A stretch of 64,000 nt of DNA from Eubacteriales bacterium (GCA_031550435.1 JAVBOO010000012.1:831-64830), one strand, 5' to 3'; shown: positions 8,753 through 18,548, numbered from the stretch's first letter. The notes: generated from the letters alone by a model not told the origin. A program made the numbers and translations.

Positions 8753-8856
8753 TTGATTTTTTTCCTTTATGAAGTTATATTATTATCCGGCTTTACAGGG
8801 CATGTCCAAAAAACAGTTTGATAGACTCAAACATCACGGGCAAGCGCCTAAAATTG

Positions 8857-8977
8857 GAAGTGTTGAAAATTGCGCACGAAACCCACTTTAGTTGGTTGAG
8901 CGAGCGGCGCTATCCATTGAAAAATGGTGTTTTTCCATTTTTAATGGATAGCCGCAAGGCGATTTTTCAACATGCCC
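8857..8977 (+). mobile_element. family B MITE-like element, copy B1 (full length, 121 bp)
   Basis: Imperfect inverted termini GAAGTGTTGAAAATTGCG / CGCAAGGCGATTTTTCAACATGCCC. Inner hairpin at 8910-8951. The flanks share AAATT (8850-8856 AAAATTG vs 8978-8984 AAATTCG). Confidence 0.6.
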
Positions 8978-9007
8978 AAATTCGGTTTTTTCTTTTGAGC
9001 TGTTGAT

Positions 9008-9106
9008 GCGACAATTAAACCGGTCGCTAAACTTGTCGCCTCAATCCCCCTTAGGCCCACAGAGCCGGGCGGTGTAAGGGGTGGTGATTAAACCGCATGG
9101 TTTAAC
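9008..9106 (+). repeat. interspersed repeat family A, copy A2 (reference copy)
   Basis: Three hairpins: GCGACAA..TTGTCGC, CCCCTTA (9047-9053)..TAAGGGG (9075-9081), TTAAACC-GCAT-GGTTTAA. Confidence 0.7.
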
Positions 9107-9212
9107 GGGGGGGCAATACTAAAACTGCGGCTACTTCGAGTAAAAATGAATAATCGGATACCCGCGCCGAATAGAATCTGTACAAAACAATTATCAGAAA
9201 CGGAGGACGCAA

Positions 9213-9449
9213 ATGGTAAGCATAACCGAAGTAACCGTATTCAGCGTTGACAAGAGCGATTGCGAAACTTGGAGCATCGAAGGGGAAATACTGTTTGAGG
9301 AAGATCTGACAACGCCTTTTTCAGCTGTCTACGTACACGAAGACGACGAATTCGAGGATTTCGAAATGGAAATCAATCCGGGCAGATACGACAAAAACAG
9401 GCTGAAGCAATTGATACTCAGAGCTGCTAAAGAGTGCGATGATATATAA
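9213..9449 (+). CDS. small acidic hypothetical protein
   Basis: 78-aa ORF with a good RBS (ACGGAGGACGCAA-ATG). No family recognised. Confidence 0.5.
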   Translation: MVSITEVTVFSVDKSDCETWSIEGEILFEEDLTTPFSAVYVHEDDEFEDFEMEINPGRYDKNRLKQLILRAAKECDDI

Positions 9450-9545
9450 ACCGCAAAGCCTTTGCCGCTGATTTAGCAGTCATTTATTACTCACCGCAAA
9501 ACGCGTTGGCAAACCGGTACGAAAAGTACTCTGATACAGTTCGCC

Positions 9546-10259
9546 TCAGAGCAGCCTGAGCGGCCTGAAATCCAGATAGTCAGACGAAGTAAGTATATAC
9601 TCGACGCCTTCTATAACTCCGGTTTCTGCCGCATCACACGCTTTATCGTGCAAATGCCCGAAAATAACTTTTCGCACGGGATAGCTTTTTATCAGCTCCA
9701 AGAATCCGGAACCCTTTACCCTTGAAACATACGGCGGAAAATGCAGAACACAGATAATGTTTTCGGCATTTTCCCTTACGGCTGCGTCAAAAGAGTTTTT
9801 TAGCCTTAGTATCTCCCGGTTGTAGATCTTTGCGTCGTTCGCCTTCACATAGTCCGCCGCTTCGGGGCAAAGCCAGCCCCTGGTTCCGCAGATATGAAAG
9901 CTTTCGTACTTTATGCAGTTGCCCTTCGCCAATAATGCGATTTCGGGATATTTCCCGTAGAATTTCGAAGCCGAGTCAAACCAATAATCATGATTTCCGA
10001 GGCTAATAATTTTTTCGCCGGGCAGGGAGCGAATAAGCTCCATGTCCGGCTCCAACTCTTTCTCACTCATTGCCCAAGAAACATCACCGTTAATGATTAC
10101 GGTGTCGTCGTCCGACACCGTTTCCGCCCAATTACGTATAAGCCTGTCACTGTGATTTTCCCAGTTCCGACCAAACACATCCATCGGTTTATTAACCGCC
10201 CCGCTCAAATGCAGGTCACCGATAGCGTATAACACATCGCACCCCGTTCCGATATACAC
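9546..10259 (-). CDS. metallophosphoesterase (calcineurin-like)
   Basis: 237 aa with motifs YAIGDLHLSG, INGDVSW, GNHDYW and FGHLH. The GTG start is uncertain; an in-frame GTG 7 codons downstream is equally plausible. Confidence 0.8.
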   Translation of the reverse strand: MYIGTGCDVLYAIGDLHLSGAVNKPMDVFGRNWENHSDRLIRNWAETVSDDDTVIINGDVSWAMSEKELEPDMELIRSLPGEKIISLGNHDYWFDSASKFYGKYPEIALLAKGNCIKYESFHICGTRGWLCPEAADYVKANDAKIYNREILRLKNSFDAAVRENAENIICVLHFPPYVSRVKGSGFLELIKSYPVRKVIFGHLHDKACDAAETGVIEGVEYILTSSDYLDFRPLRLL

Positions 10260-10264
10260 TGCTT

Positions 10265-11062
10265 TTATGCCCTGTATATCTCTCTCATAAGCTTAAGCTG
10301 CCTGTTAAACTCCATGAGTCTCTCGGCGCTTCCGCTTTCATAAATCTCGTAGAACTCGTTATTAAGCTCTTCAACTTGTTTCAGCTTGGAATTATAATGC
10401 AACACCTGTATATTCTTGAGTATCTCGTCTATAAGCTCGGCCCTGCGATCAACAAGGCTCTGCGCGTCAAGTATATCTTCTCTTATCTCGTTCATTTCGT
10501 TATCGAGCATAGCCGAAGCTTCCGATGTCGTTATCAGTCGTTCCTGGATATGCCTGGGTATGTTGCCCTTATACTTATATCTCAAAGAATGTTCAACAGT
10601 CGCCCAAAAGTCCATCGAAAGCGTACGTATCTGTATTTCGCATAATGTTTCAAAATAACCGAACGCCGTAATTACCGGATACCTGACTATCATATGATAG
10701 CTTCTGTATCCGCTCGGCTTTATATTCGTAATATAGTCCCGCTCTTTGATAATCGAGATATCCCTTGTGTCTCTTTCGCGCACCAGAGAAATCGCCCTCT
10801 CGATATCACCGATAAACCTGCAAATTATCCTGACGCCGGCTATGTCTTCGATATCTTCAAAAATTCTGTCGTTTGGGATTTCTTTGCGTTTAGCCTTTTC
10901 TATTATGCTGGATATGCTCTTAACCCTGCCGACAACGCGCTCTATCGGAGATTGTTTATCCAGCTTCTGAAAACCCAGCGACAGGTTTTCGAGCTTAACC
11001 GTTAATTCGTTAACGGTTTGAGCATAAGGCAAAAGCTTTTCGTCCCAGTTAATAATCTCCAT
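10265..11062 (-). CDS. GTP pyrophosphokinase family protein (small alarmone synthetase, RelQ/RelP-like)
   Basis: 265 aa. RelA/SpoT synthetase-domain motifs RVKSISSIIEKAKRK, DIAGVRIICRF, YRSYHMIV and EIQIRT. GGAGG RBS. Confidence 0.8.
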   Translation of the reverse strand: MEIINWDEKLLPYAQTVNELTVKLENLSLGFQKLDKQSPIERVVGRVKSISSIIEKAKRKEIPNDRIFEDIEDIAGVRIICRFIGDIERAISLVRERDTRDISIIKERDYITNIKPSGYRSYHMIVRYPVITAFGYFETLCEIQIRTLSMDFWATVEHSLRYKYKGNIPRHIQERLITTSEASAMLDNEMNEIREDILDAQSLVDRRAELIDEILKNIQVLHYNSKLKQVEELNNEFYEIYESGSAERLMEFNRQLKLMREIYRA

Positions 11063-11293
11063 GGTTACCTCCCGGGGGGTAAATTAAATACCTTGATATT
11101 CATAAAAATTCATAGCTAAGCCCTTGTATTTCCAGTGCCTACTATAGCATAAATAATGTCTTCTTTCAAGAAAATATGAAAAAACTATTCCCAATACGAA
11201 AGAAAAATGTTAGAATATCGCATACTCGGTAAGTATCGAGAAAAACACGGTTTTCCGAATAAGCTCAGACTAGATTTTTAAGGGGGAAGTTTT

Positions 11294-11779
11294 TTGGGTT
11301 GGCTTGATATTTTAATCATTGTCGGTATTATTCTTACCGTCGCAGTCGTTGCGTTGTATTTTCTTAACCGTTGGGCATCCCGTAAAATGGGAGACAGCCA
11401 AAACATGATAGAAAAAACAAAGATGGAAGAAACTATTTATGTTATCGATAAAAAAAGAGATAATATAAAAAACGTTAACTTAAGCAAAGCGATAGTAGAC
11501 TCTATACCCAAATACTACAAGTTAATGAAAATGTACTTTGTTCAGGCAAAGGTCGGACCTAAAATTTTTACGCTTATGTGCGATAAAAAGGTTTTTAACG
11601 CAATTCCTGTCAAGAAAAGCGTTAGGGTTGAAATTGCCGGAATTTATATCGTAAACGTTAAGGGCATGAAGAGCGAAGCAGAAATGAAAAACGCTAAAAA
11701 GGCAAAGCAGGAAAAAGCCAAGGAGCAAGCCAAAGCTGAAGCCGCTGCTGCCAAAAATGACAAAAAGACAAAGAAATAG
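11294..11779 (+). CDS. membrane-anchored hypothetical protein with Lys/Ala-rich tail
   Basis: 161 aa. TTG start after AAGGGGGA, one N-terminal TM helix, K/A/E-rich C-terminus. Confidence 0.5.
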   Translation: MGWLDILIIVGIILTVAVVALYFLNRWASRKMGDSQNMIEKTKMEETIYVIDKKRDNIKNVNLSKAIVDSIPKYYKLMKMYFVQAKVGPKIFTLMCDKKVFNAIPVKKSVRVEIAGIYIVNVKGMKSEAEMKNAKKAKQEKAKEQAKAEAAAAKNDKKTKK

Positions 11780-11786
11780 GTGACTT

Positions 11787-12851
11787 ATGAAGAGATTTAT
11801 ATCACTCGCGTTAACGCTGATATTCACGGCAGGCTTACTTAGCTCCTGCACAAGCAAAACAGCAACGGCAAAGGCGACAGAGTATATGGGGCTTAAGCCC
11901 GATACATTGTATGTTTACACGGGAGAAGGCAGCGAATACGCGGGGTACTCCGTGTTCAACGACTACATCCGCGAAAATGAGGGCTTGTACCAACGCCGTC
12001 TTCTCCTGTCAAACAATCAATACCTCGGAGAAATTTTCAACTACAAAAACGGAATGTTTACAAACTATTACGCCGAGCCGACTCTGACTTACTTCTGGGA
12101 TATGACTAAAACCACCCCCAACAATACCCTTACCATACTTAAAGAACCCCTGCAGGTTGATACAAGCTGGGTAAGAGGTTCTTTCAAGCGAGATGTAGAC
12201 GCTGATGTAAGTATTACCATGAACGCGAAAATCACTTCGATGAACGCTTCCGTAACCGTACCCTACGGTACGTTTGAGGCTATGGAGGTAACCATCTCTT
12301 ACTCTGATAATTCTCAAACAACCAAGGAATACTATGTTAAGGACTTGGGGCTTGTGAAAACAGACGTTGTGAGCGACAGCATCAGCTACAGCTCAAACCT
12401 CTCCGAAGTCAAACCGGGAAGCAGCATGGACATGCAGTTTGCTTACTTCTACCCGACAAGCGCGACAACGATAGACTACGAAACAAGAGACTGTAAATTC
12501 GAAACAAACTGTGACAGCGCGGCGGTTATACTAAGCGGCTTTAATTCTTACACCGAATACGAAAAAGGCAGCCTAATCCCTGATGGCACGAAAATCAATT
12601 CGGTTTCGTATTCCTCATCGGGTAAGCGCCTTAAAATCGATTTCTCGAAAGAATTTATGCCAATTGGCATTTCAAAAGAAGACGAATACGCTATACTGCA
12701 ATGCGTTGTCAACACTTTGGGCTATATGTTCAACGCAACTTCCGTTGCTATAACTATTGACGGCGGAGCGTACAAGTCCGAAAACATTGAGCTTGAAACG
12801 ACACTTTATATACCCGTTGCCGGAGCACCGGAAGAAAGCAGCAATGAGTGA
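11787..12851 (+). CDS. lipoprotein with GerMN-like C-terminal domain
   Basis: 354 aa. Signal peptide plus lipobox (LLSSC). The C-terminal part (EDEYAILQCVVNTLGYMFNATSVAITIDGGAY) resembles GerMN sporulation/germination domains. Confidence 0.5.
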   Translation: MKRFISLALTLIFTAGLLSSCTSKTATAKATEYMGLKPDTLYVYTGEGSEYAGYSVFNDYIRENEGLYQRRLLLSNNQYLGEIFNYKNGMFTNYYAEPTLTYFWDMTKTTPNNTLTILKEPLQVDTSWVRGSFKRDVDADVSITMNAKITSMNASVTVPYGTFEAMEVTISYSDNSQTTKEYYVKDLGLVKTDVVSDSISYSSNLSEVKPGSSMDMQFAYFYPTSATTIDYETRDCKFETNCDSAAVILSGFNSYTEYEKGSLIPDGTKINSVSYSSSGKRLKIDFSKEFMPIGISKEDEYAILQCVVNTLGYMFNATSVAITIDGGAYKSENIELETTLYIPVAGAPEESSNE

Positions 12852-13734
12852 TATGAACAGCAAAAACACTAATTTAACCGCAACACCCGAGAGCAGCGCT
12901 TCATACGCATACACGAAAGCGATAACGAATAAGTACGGGATAACCGCTAAAAAAAGCCTCGGCCAGAACTTCCTGACCGATAACCACGTACTTCAGAAGA
13001 TTTTACGCTCGGCAGAAATTTGCAAAGACGATACGGTCATCGAGATCGGGCCGGGCATAGGTACCATGACGCATGAGCTTTGCAGGCTTGCCAAAAGAGT
13101 CGTTGCGGTCGAAATCGACAAAAGCCTGATTCCCGTTTTGACCGAGACTCTTTCAAAATACGATAACCTCACCGTTATCAACAACGACATACTCAAGACG
13201 GACATAAACGAAATAATAGGAGATGACAAAAGCGTTAAGCTTGTTGCGAATCTGCCATATTATATAACAACTCCTATAATCATGCGCATACTCGAAAACG
13301 AATATAATATCAAATCGATATGTGTGATGGTGCAAAAAGAAGTCGGAGAACGAATGAGAGCAAAACCGTCTACAAAAGACTATGGTTCGCTTACCGTTTC
13401 TGTCGCCTATTTTGCCGATGCGGAACTTCTCGCGAATGTTCCCCCGAACTGCTTTTTCCCGAGGCCCAATGTGGATTCCTGCGTTATTAAGCTAAACGTA
13501 CTCGAGAAACCCCGGGTTAATGTCAAGGACAGAGAAAAGTTCTTTACTTTTGTTAAGGCCGCATTTTCCAAACGCAGAAAAACTCTGGTAAACTGTCTCA
13601 CAAGCTACGAAGGCTTATCGTTGGAAAAAAACGACGTTTTGGCGGCTCTTAATAAGCTCGGGCTTTCAGAATCTGTCAGAGGTGAAGCGTTAGATATTAC
13701 GGAATTTTCGAAAATCGCCGAGGTATTATTATAA
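12844..13734 (+). CDS. rsmA: 16S rRNA (adenine1518/1519-N6)-dimethyltransferase
   Basis: KKSLGQNFLTDNHVLQKI, IEIGPGIGTMT and ANLPYYITTPI. I use the ATG at 12844, which overlaps the upstream stop by 8 nt, not the longer 12757 ORF. Confidence 0.9.
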   Translation: MSDMNSKNTNLTATPESSASYAYTKAITNKYGITAKKSLGQNFLTDNHVLQKILRSAEICKDDTVIEIGPGIGTMTHELCRLAKRVVAVEIDKSLIPVLTETLSKYDNLTVINNDILKTDINEIIGDDKSVKLVANLPYYITTPIIMRILENEYNIKSICVMVQKEVGERMRAKPSTKDYGSLTVSVAYFADAELLANVPPNCFFPRPNVDSCVIKLNVLEKPRVNVKDREKFFTFVKAAFSKRRKTLVNCLTSYEGLSLEKNDVLAALNKLGLSESVRGEALDITEFSKIAEVLL

Positions 13735-13802
13735 ATCTTTTAACCCACGACCGGTGAACAAGCAAAGTCTGCTTTTCGGCGATATATTAAGGAGGTATGA
13801 CC

Positions 13803-14159
13803 ATGTCTGCAAAATACACAAACCAATACGGAACCATTGTTATCGATAACGAGGTGATTTCCCGTATTTCAGGACTTGCGGCAACCGATTGCTTCGGTAT
13901 TGTCGGCATGGCCGCCAAGAATGTTAAAGACGGTTTTGTCCAGCTTCTCAAACGCGAAAGCATAACAAAGGGCATAAGACTGGAATTTGTCGGCGACGCG
14001 CTTCATATAGATTTCCATATAATAGTAGAATACGGTACAAATATTTCAACAATAGCCGAAGTCCTTGTCTCGAACGTAAAATACTGTGTGGAAGAGTTTG
14101 TCGGCGTTCCGGTCGAAAAGATCAACATATTTGTTGAGGACGTCAGGGTCGATGCCTAG
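13803..14159 (+). CDS. Asp23/Gls24 family envelope stress protein (YloU-like)
   Basis: YGTIVIDNEVISRISGLAATDCFGIVGM. GGAGG at 13791-13795 favours the ATG at 13803 over 13797. Confidence 0.8.
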   Translation: MSAKYTNQYGTIVIDNEVISRISGLAATDCFGIVGMAAKNVKDGFVQLLKRESITKGIRLEFVGDALHIDFHIIVEYGTNISTIAEVLVSNVKYCVEEFVGVPVEKINIFVEDVRVDA

Positions 14160-14213
14160 GTGCAGATTTCGGCATCGCTCTGTTCAATTTACAGCAATTT
14201 AGGGGGAAACAAT

Positions 14214-15905
14214 TTGGCTGCAAACACTATAAACGGCAGTTTGCTGAGAAAGATGATATTAAAGGCTTCCGAAAGCCTGAATGACAATAAAGACGCAATA
14301 GACTCGCTTAACGTATTTCCCGTTCCCGACGGGGATACCGGCACAAACATGTCTCTAACGGTTTTGAATGCCGCACGAGAAGTCGCACGGCTGCCGGAAG
14401 ACTGCAGCGTTCCCGAAATTGCCCAAACGGCTTCTTTCGGTGCGCTTAAAGGCGCCAGAGGCAACTCGGGAGTAATACTTTCGCAGCTTTTCAGAGGTTT
14501 TGCAAAGGAATTGGAAAACAAGACCTCTGTCTGCACCTCAGACATCGCAAATGCTTTTAAGAGAGCGACCGACACCGCATATAAGGCGGTTATGAAGCCT
14601 AAAGAAGGCACTATACTTACGGTTGCCAGAGAAATCGCGGCGAAAGCTCTCGAGATTTGCTCCGTAACGACGGATTTTTCCAAGTTTGCCGGAATTGTGC
14701 TTGAGCATGGTTACGCAACGCTCGAAAAAACAAAAGATATGCTGCCGATATTAAAACAGGCAAACGTAGTCGACGCCGGCGGACTGGGGCTCCTGTGTCT
14801 GCTGAAAGGCGCAGCTTCCTGTCTCGAAAGCGAAGTAGTCGTTGACATATCAAAGTTTACATCTGCCGCGGATTCCAAAACAGAAGTTGACTTCTCAAAG
14901 CTCGCTCAGGCCGATGAAAATATTGAGTTTGCCTATTGCACCGAATTCTTTGTTAACTACGAAAAGAATGAGAGTTTTGATAAAAAAGAAGACGATATGA
15001 AAGCCTTTCTTGATAAAATCGGCGATTCCATAGTCGTTGTCGCCGATGATACAATGATGAAAATTCACGTTCACACAAACGCGCCGGGCGCTATTCTTGA
15101 AAAAGCGATAGATTTTGGTTATCTGAGCAATATTAAAATAGAAAACATGCGTTTACAACATAACGAGAAGATAAGCTTTTTGAAAGAAGATGAAGACGCT
15201 CTGCCGAAAAGCAAGCAGCCGGCGAACTATGTTCACACCGATGAACTAAAGGACTATGCCTTTATCGCCGTAAGCTCCGGAGAAGGATTTCGGACAATAT
15301 TCGAATCTCTTAACATCGACGAGATTATCGAGGGCGGCCAAACACTAAACCCAAGCGCGGAAGCTTTTGTCGATGCGATTGAGCGTATAGCCGCAAAACA
15401 CATTTTCATATTCCCTAACAACAAAAACATTATCCTTGCCGCGGAACAGGCCTCAACGCTGTGCAAAAGAGGCAGTGTTCATGTTGTTCCCACAAAATCG
15501 ATACCTCAGGGCATAAACGCGTTGCTTAACTTTGTGTATGAAGACGATTTAGACTCGAACTTGCATAGGTTTGAGGAAAGCATAGCGGAGGTTAAAACCG
15601 GCCAGATCACGTCGGCCGTCAGAGACACTGTCCTCGGCGACAAGCAAATCAAAAAAGGAGACACGCTTTGCATTATTGACGGCGACATCGCCGAAGTAGC
15701 GCAAAGCCCCGAAAACGGCGTTAAAGCCTTGCTGCGCACTATGCTTGACGACAGCGGCTACCTCAACGTCTATTTTGGCGAGAACGTGAGCTCCGGGAGT
15801 GCCGAAGAGCTCGAAAACTATATTTCGGAAAACTATCCCGATATCGAATTCGAAGTAGCAAGCGGAGGCCAGCCCGTCTACGACTATATAATTTCTGTTA
15901 TTTGA
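14214..15905 (+). CDS. yloV: DAK2 domain fusion protein YloV
   Basis: DAK2 N-terminal motif (LNVFPVPDGDTGTNM) plus a DegV-like C-terminal half, with the conserved Asp23-YloV gene pair. TTG 14214 after AGGGGGA is preferred over GTG 14160. Confidence 0.8.
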   Translation: MAANTINGSLLRKMILKASESLNDNKDAIDSLNVFPVPDGDTGTNMSLTVLNAAREVARLPEDCSVPEIAQTASFGALKGARGNSGVILSQLFRGFAKELENKTSVCTSDIANAFKRATDTAYKAVMKPKEGTILTVAREIAAKALEICSVTTDFSKFAGIVLEHGYATLEKTKDMLPILKQANVVDAGGLGLLCLLKGAASCLESEVVVDISKFTSAADSKTEVDFSKLAQADENIEFAYCTEFFVNYEKNESFDKKEDDMKAFLDKIGDSIVVVADDTMMKIHVHTNAPGAILEKAIDFGYLSNIKIENMRLQHNEKISFLKEDEDALPKSKQPANYVHTDELKDYAFIAVSSGEGFRTIFESLNIDEIIEGGQTLNPSAEAFVDAIERIAAKHIFIFPNNKNIILAAEQASTLCKRGSVHVVPTKSIPQGINALLNFVYEDDLDSNLHRFEESIAEVKTGQITSAVRDTVLGDKQIKKGDTLCIIDGDIAEVAQSPENGVKALLRTMLDDSGYLNVYFGENVSSGSAEELENYISENYPDIEFEVASGGQPVYDYIISVI

Positions 15906-15907
15906 CA

Positions 15908-15990
15908 CCTCGGAAGTTATTACCGCTTAAACTACTTACGCGCTTACTTGGGCCAAAAGACGAGCAAAGGTTGCCGCAGTCTTGGCAAAC
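15908..15990 (+). repeat. interspersed repeat family C, copy C2 (diverged)
   Basis: CCTCGGAAGTTATTACCGCTTAAACTACTTACGCGCTTACTTGGGCC... is colinear with 26091-26150. It starts 3 nt after the yloV stop. Confidence 0.5.
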
Positions 15991-16012
15991 ATTTACATTC
16001 GGGTGATTATAA

Positions 16013-17278
16013 GTGAAGTACACGAGTCAGGAAAAAGGCTGGATACTGTACGACTGCGCGAACTCAGCTTATACGACTGTTATTAACTCTACGGTGTTCC
16101 CGATTTATTTTGCGAGTGTTATCACAAAAGACGGAGACATGCTTTGGGGAATCGGAACGTCGTTCGCGACAATAATAACGGCAATAATCGCACCGTATAT
16201 CGGAGCAATTGCCGACTACAGAGGTAACAAAAAGCGGATTTTTTCGATGTTTTTGTTTTTGGGCCTTATGGCGACTCTGCTGAGCTCACTGACCGATATC
16301 ATGCAGATAATGCTTCTGGGTTATGTGATATCCTTTATCGGTTACAGCGGCTCAATTCTTGTTTACGACAGCTTTTTGACGGACGTTACCACGCCAAAAA
16401 GGATGAATATGATCTCCTGCCTCGGTTACACGGCGGGCTATATTGGCGGAAGCACGATACCTTTTTTAGTCAGCATCCTGCTTTTACAGTTTGGAGCAAA
16501 TTTTGGAATAGACGCCACTCTCGCCGTAAAGTTTTCGATAGTTTTCACGGTGGCATGGTGGGCTGTGTTTTCCGTTCCGCTTTTGTTCAGCGTCCATCAG
16601 AACGGCGGTGTTTCCTACGGAAAAAAACCGCCCTATATAGAAGCGTTTAAATCACTCTCAATTACGGTCAAACGGATTTTAAAAAACAAGGGTTTGATGG
16701 TTTATTTGATCGCCCACTTTTTCTATATAGGCGGTGTCTCGACAGTCATCATTATGGCCTCCAGCTACGGAACGGCGCTTAACCTTAGCACAACGCAAAT
16801 GACCATGGCCTTGTTCGTAACTCAGATTGTAGCCGCGCCCTGTACTTATTTGTTCGGTAAGCTTTGCGGCAAATTCGGAGCGCTGAATATGATAGTCGCC
16901 GGTATAATTGTATATATCTGTATATGCGCCGTGTCCTTCGCACTCGGTTACGGCCTTGAAAACGGTTTTATGTCTGTATCCGCCGCGGAAAAACTGTTCT
17001 GGGTACTGGCTATAGGCGTCGGAACGGTTCAAGGCGGTTTGCAGGCTATTTCCCGCTCGTACTACGGAAAAATAATCAGCGCCGAGCATTCGGGTGAATA
17101 TTTCGGCTTTCTCGACGTTTTTGCAAAATATGCGACAGCGCTGGGCCCGCTGATATATTCGCTGACAAAGCTCGCGACCGGCCGCAGCTCCTACTCTCTG
17201 ATATCGATTATGCTCATGTTTGTTATAGCGGTAATAATTTTGACCGCAGGAAGAAAACACTTGAAGGTTGACATTTGA
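16013..17278 (+). CDS. MFS transporter, UMF1/Atg22-like family
   Basis: 421 aa. The N-terminus EKGWILYDCANSAYTTVI is typical of UMF1, with about 12 TM segments. Confidence 0.75.
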   Translation: MKYTSQEKGWILYDCANSAYTTVINSTVFPIYFASVITKDGDMLWGIGTSFATIITAIIAPYIGAIADYRGNKKRIFSMFLFLGLMATLLSSLTDIMQIMLLGYVISFIGYSGSILVYDSFLTDVTTPKRMNMISCLGYTAGYIGGSTIPFLVSILLLQFGANFGIDATLAVKFSIVFTVAWWAVFSVPLLFSVHQNGGVSYGKKPPYIEAFKSLSITVKRILKNKGLMVYLIAHFFYIGGVSTVIIMASSYGTALNLSTTQMTMALFVTQIVAAPCTYLFGKLCGKFGALNMIVAGIIVYICICAVSFALGYGLENGFMSVSAAEKLFWVLAIGVGTVQGGLQAISRSYYGKIISAEHSGEYFGFLDVFAKYATALGPLIYSLTKLATGRSSYSLISIMLMFVIAVIILTAGRKHLKVDI

Positions 17279-17712
17279 AAAAACATATGGAAAAACTGAT
17301 ACTAAAGTATAAAAAAATATTAACATACGGCTTGATAAGCGCATTTGTCACACTCGTTGATATCCTTATATGCAAGTTGCTCGACAAGCCGCTCGGAGCC
17401 GTTCCCGCTAACACCTGCGGCGTTATCGCGGGTTTTTTTCTGCATTATTTTCTGTCGGCAAAAACGGTCTTTCAACGACGCGATAAAAAGTCATTCTTAA
17501 TCTATGCGGTCACAAGCGCATTTGGGCTGCTGTTCGCCGATTTAATCGTACATATATGCAGAAACATGTTTGACAGTCTGAACGTGTTTACAGAAAACAT
17601 AAGATTTATAACAGCAAAAACAGCTTCGATTGTGCTGCCTTTTTTTGCTATGTACTTTGCCAGAAAATATCTTTTTGCGGCAATAAATAAAGATAAGGGA
17701 GAAAACAGATGA
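17275..17712 (+). CDS. GtrA family membrane protein
   Basis: 145 aa with 4 TM segments and a GtrA-like sequence. The start overlaps the MFS stop (TTGA); the ATG at 17287 is an alternative start. Confidence 0.7.
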   Translation: MKKHMEKLILKYKKILTYGLISAFVTLVDILICKLLDKPLGAVPANTCGVIAGFFLHYFLSAKTVFQRRDKKSFLIYAVTSAFGLLFADLIVHICRNMFDSLNVFTENIRFITAKTASIVLPFFAMYFARKYLFAAINKDKGENR

Positions 17713-18497
17713 GTACATTATACGCAATACTTCCTTGTTACAACGAACAGGAGAATATTGCAGAACTGACAAGACTCTGGGCTAAAGAACGTGAAAGGCT
17801 CAAAAACGAAGGATTTGACGAAGTTATCGTTCCTATTGACGATAAGAGCAGTGACAATACAAAAGAGATAATTTCAAGTCTTGGCGAAAAATACGACAAT
17901 GTCCGCCCAATATTCCACGAGTCGAATAAAGGCTTGGGCGGCGCTGTAAGAACAGGCTTCGAGTATTTTCTCAGACACGGAACGAGCGGAGACGTATGCG
18001 TTATCATGGACGGCGACAACACTCAAAAGCCCAAATTTGTGCACAGAATGACAGGCGCGCTTAAAATATCGGGTCTTCCGGTTGACTGCGTTATAGCCTC
18101 ACGCTACAAGCACCAGTCAAAGTCATCCGGCATACCTGCGCTAAGGAATTTACTGAGCTATGGGGCGAGATTATATTACAGTCTTATTCTGGGCGTTCCC
18201 CATGTCAAAGATTATACCTGCGGCTACAGAATGTACTCGTATGACATAATAAAAAAGGCGTTTGCGAAGTACGGCTCGGATTTTCCGAAAGAACGCGGAT
18301 TTGTGTGCATGATGGAAATCCTGTATAAACTACACATCTGCGGGGCGCGTTTTACGGAAATACCATTCGACCTGAAGTATGACGACAAACAGGGAACTTC
18401 AAAGATGCGCGTGCTAAAGACTGTGAGAGAAAGTCTTCTGAAAACTCTGGAATTCAAATTTAGCTGCAAGAAAACCAAGCCCGGAAAAACAGCGTAA
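17709..18497 (+). CDS. family 2 glycosyltransferase (polyprenol-phosphate sugar synthase, GtrB/DPM1-like)
   Basis: 262 aa. LPCYNEQENI, DDKSSDNT and MDGDNTQ (DXD). The ATGA overlaps the gtrA stop. Confidence 0.8.
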   Translation: MSTLYAILPCYNEQENIAELTRLWAKERERLKNEGFDEVIVPIDDKSSDNTKEIISSLGEKYDNVRPIFHESNKGLGGAVRTGFEYFLRHGTSGDVCVIMDGDNTQKPKFVHRMTGALKISGLPVDCVIASRYKHQSKSSGIPALRNLLSYGARLYYSLILGVPHVKDYTCGYRMYSYDIIKKAFAKYGSDFPKERGFVCMMEILYKLHICGARFTEIPFDLKYDDKQGTSKMRVLKTVRESLLKTLEFKFSCKKTKPGKTA

Positions 18498-18519
18498 TTT
18501 TAGCCCGGGCATAAAATTA

Positions 18520-18548
18520 GGGCATCTTGAAAAATTGCCTTGCGGCTT
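18520..18548 (-). repeat. family B fragment B4 (right-end 29 bp only)
   Basis: GGGCATCTTGAAAAATTGCCTTGCGGCTT matches the reverse complement of the B right terminus. Confidence 0.5.

Noticed and set aside
8818-9006. Small ORFs 8818-9006 (+), 24182-24415 (-) and 24349-24561 (+).
   Set aside because: Each is carried by a family B MITE-like copy. The similar peptides (e.g. ...FPFLMDSRKAIFQHAQ / ...FPFPRESRKAIFQHAP) are a by-product of the repeated DNA. Truncated copies do not preserve the frame.
9213-9449. Idea that the two small acidic proteins (9213-9449 and 30059-30319) are paralogues of a novel family.
   Set aside because: By-eye alignment shows only shared acidity and an IEGE string, with no convincing colinear similarity.
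12757-12843. Upstream extension of the rsmA ORF, and similar long-ORF starts at 14160 (yloV), 18535 (GT-C), 23260 (spo0A), 36796 (pspC), 30355 and 43088.
   Set aside because: The extensions overlap the preceding gene or a repeat and lack an RBS. Internal starts with GGAGG-type RBS give N-termini that match the family norm.
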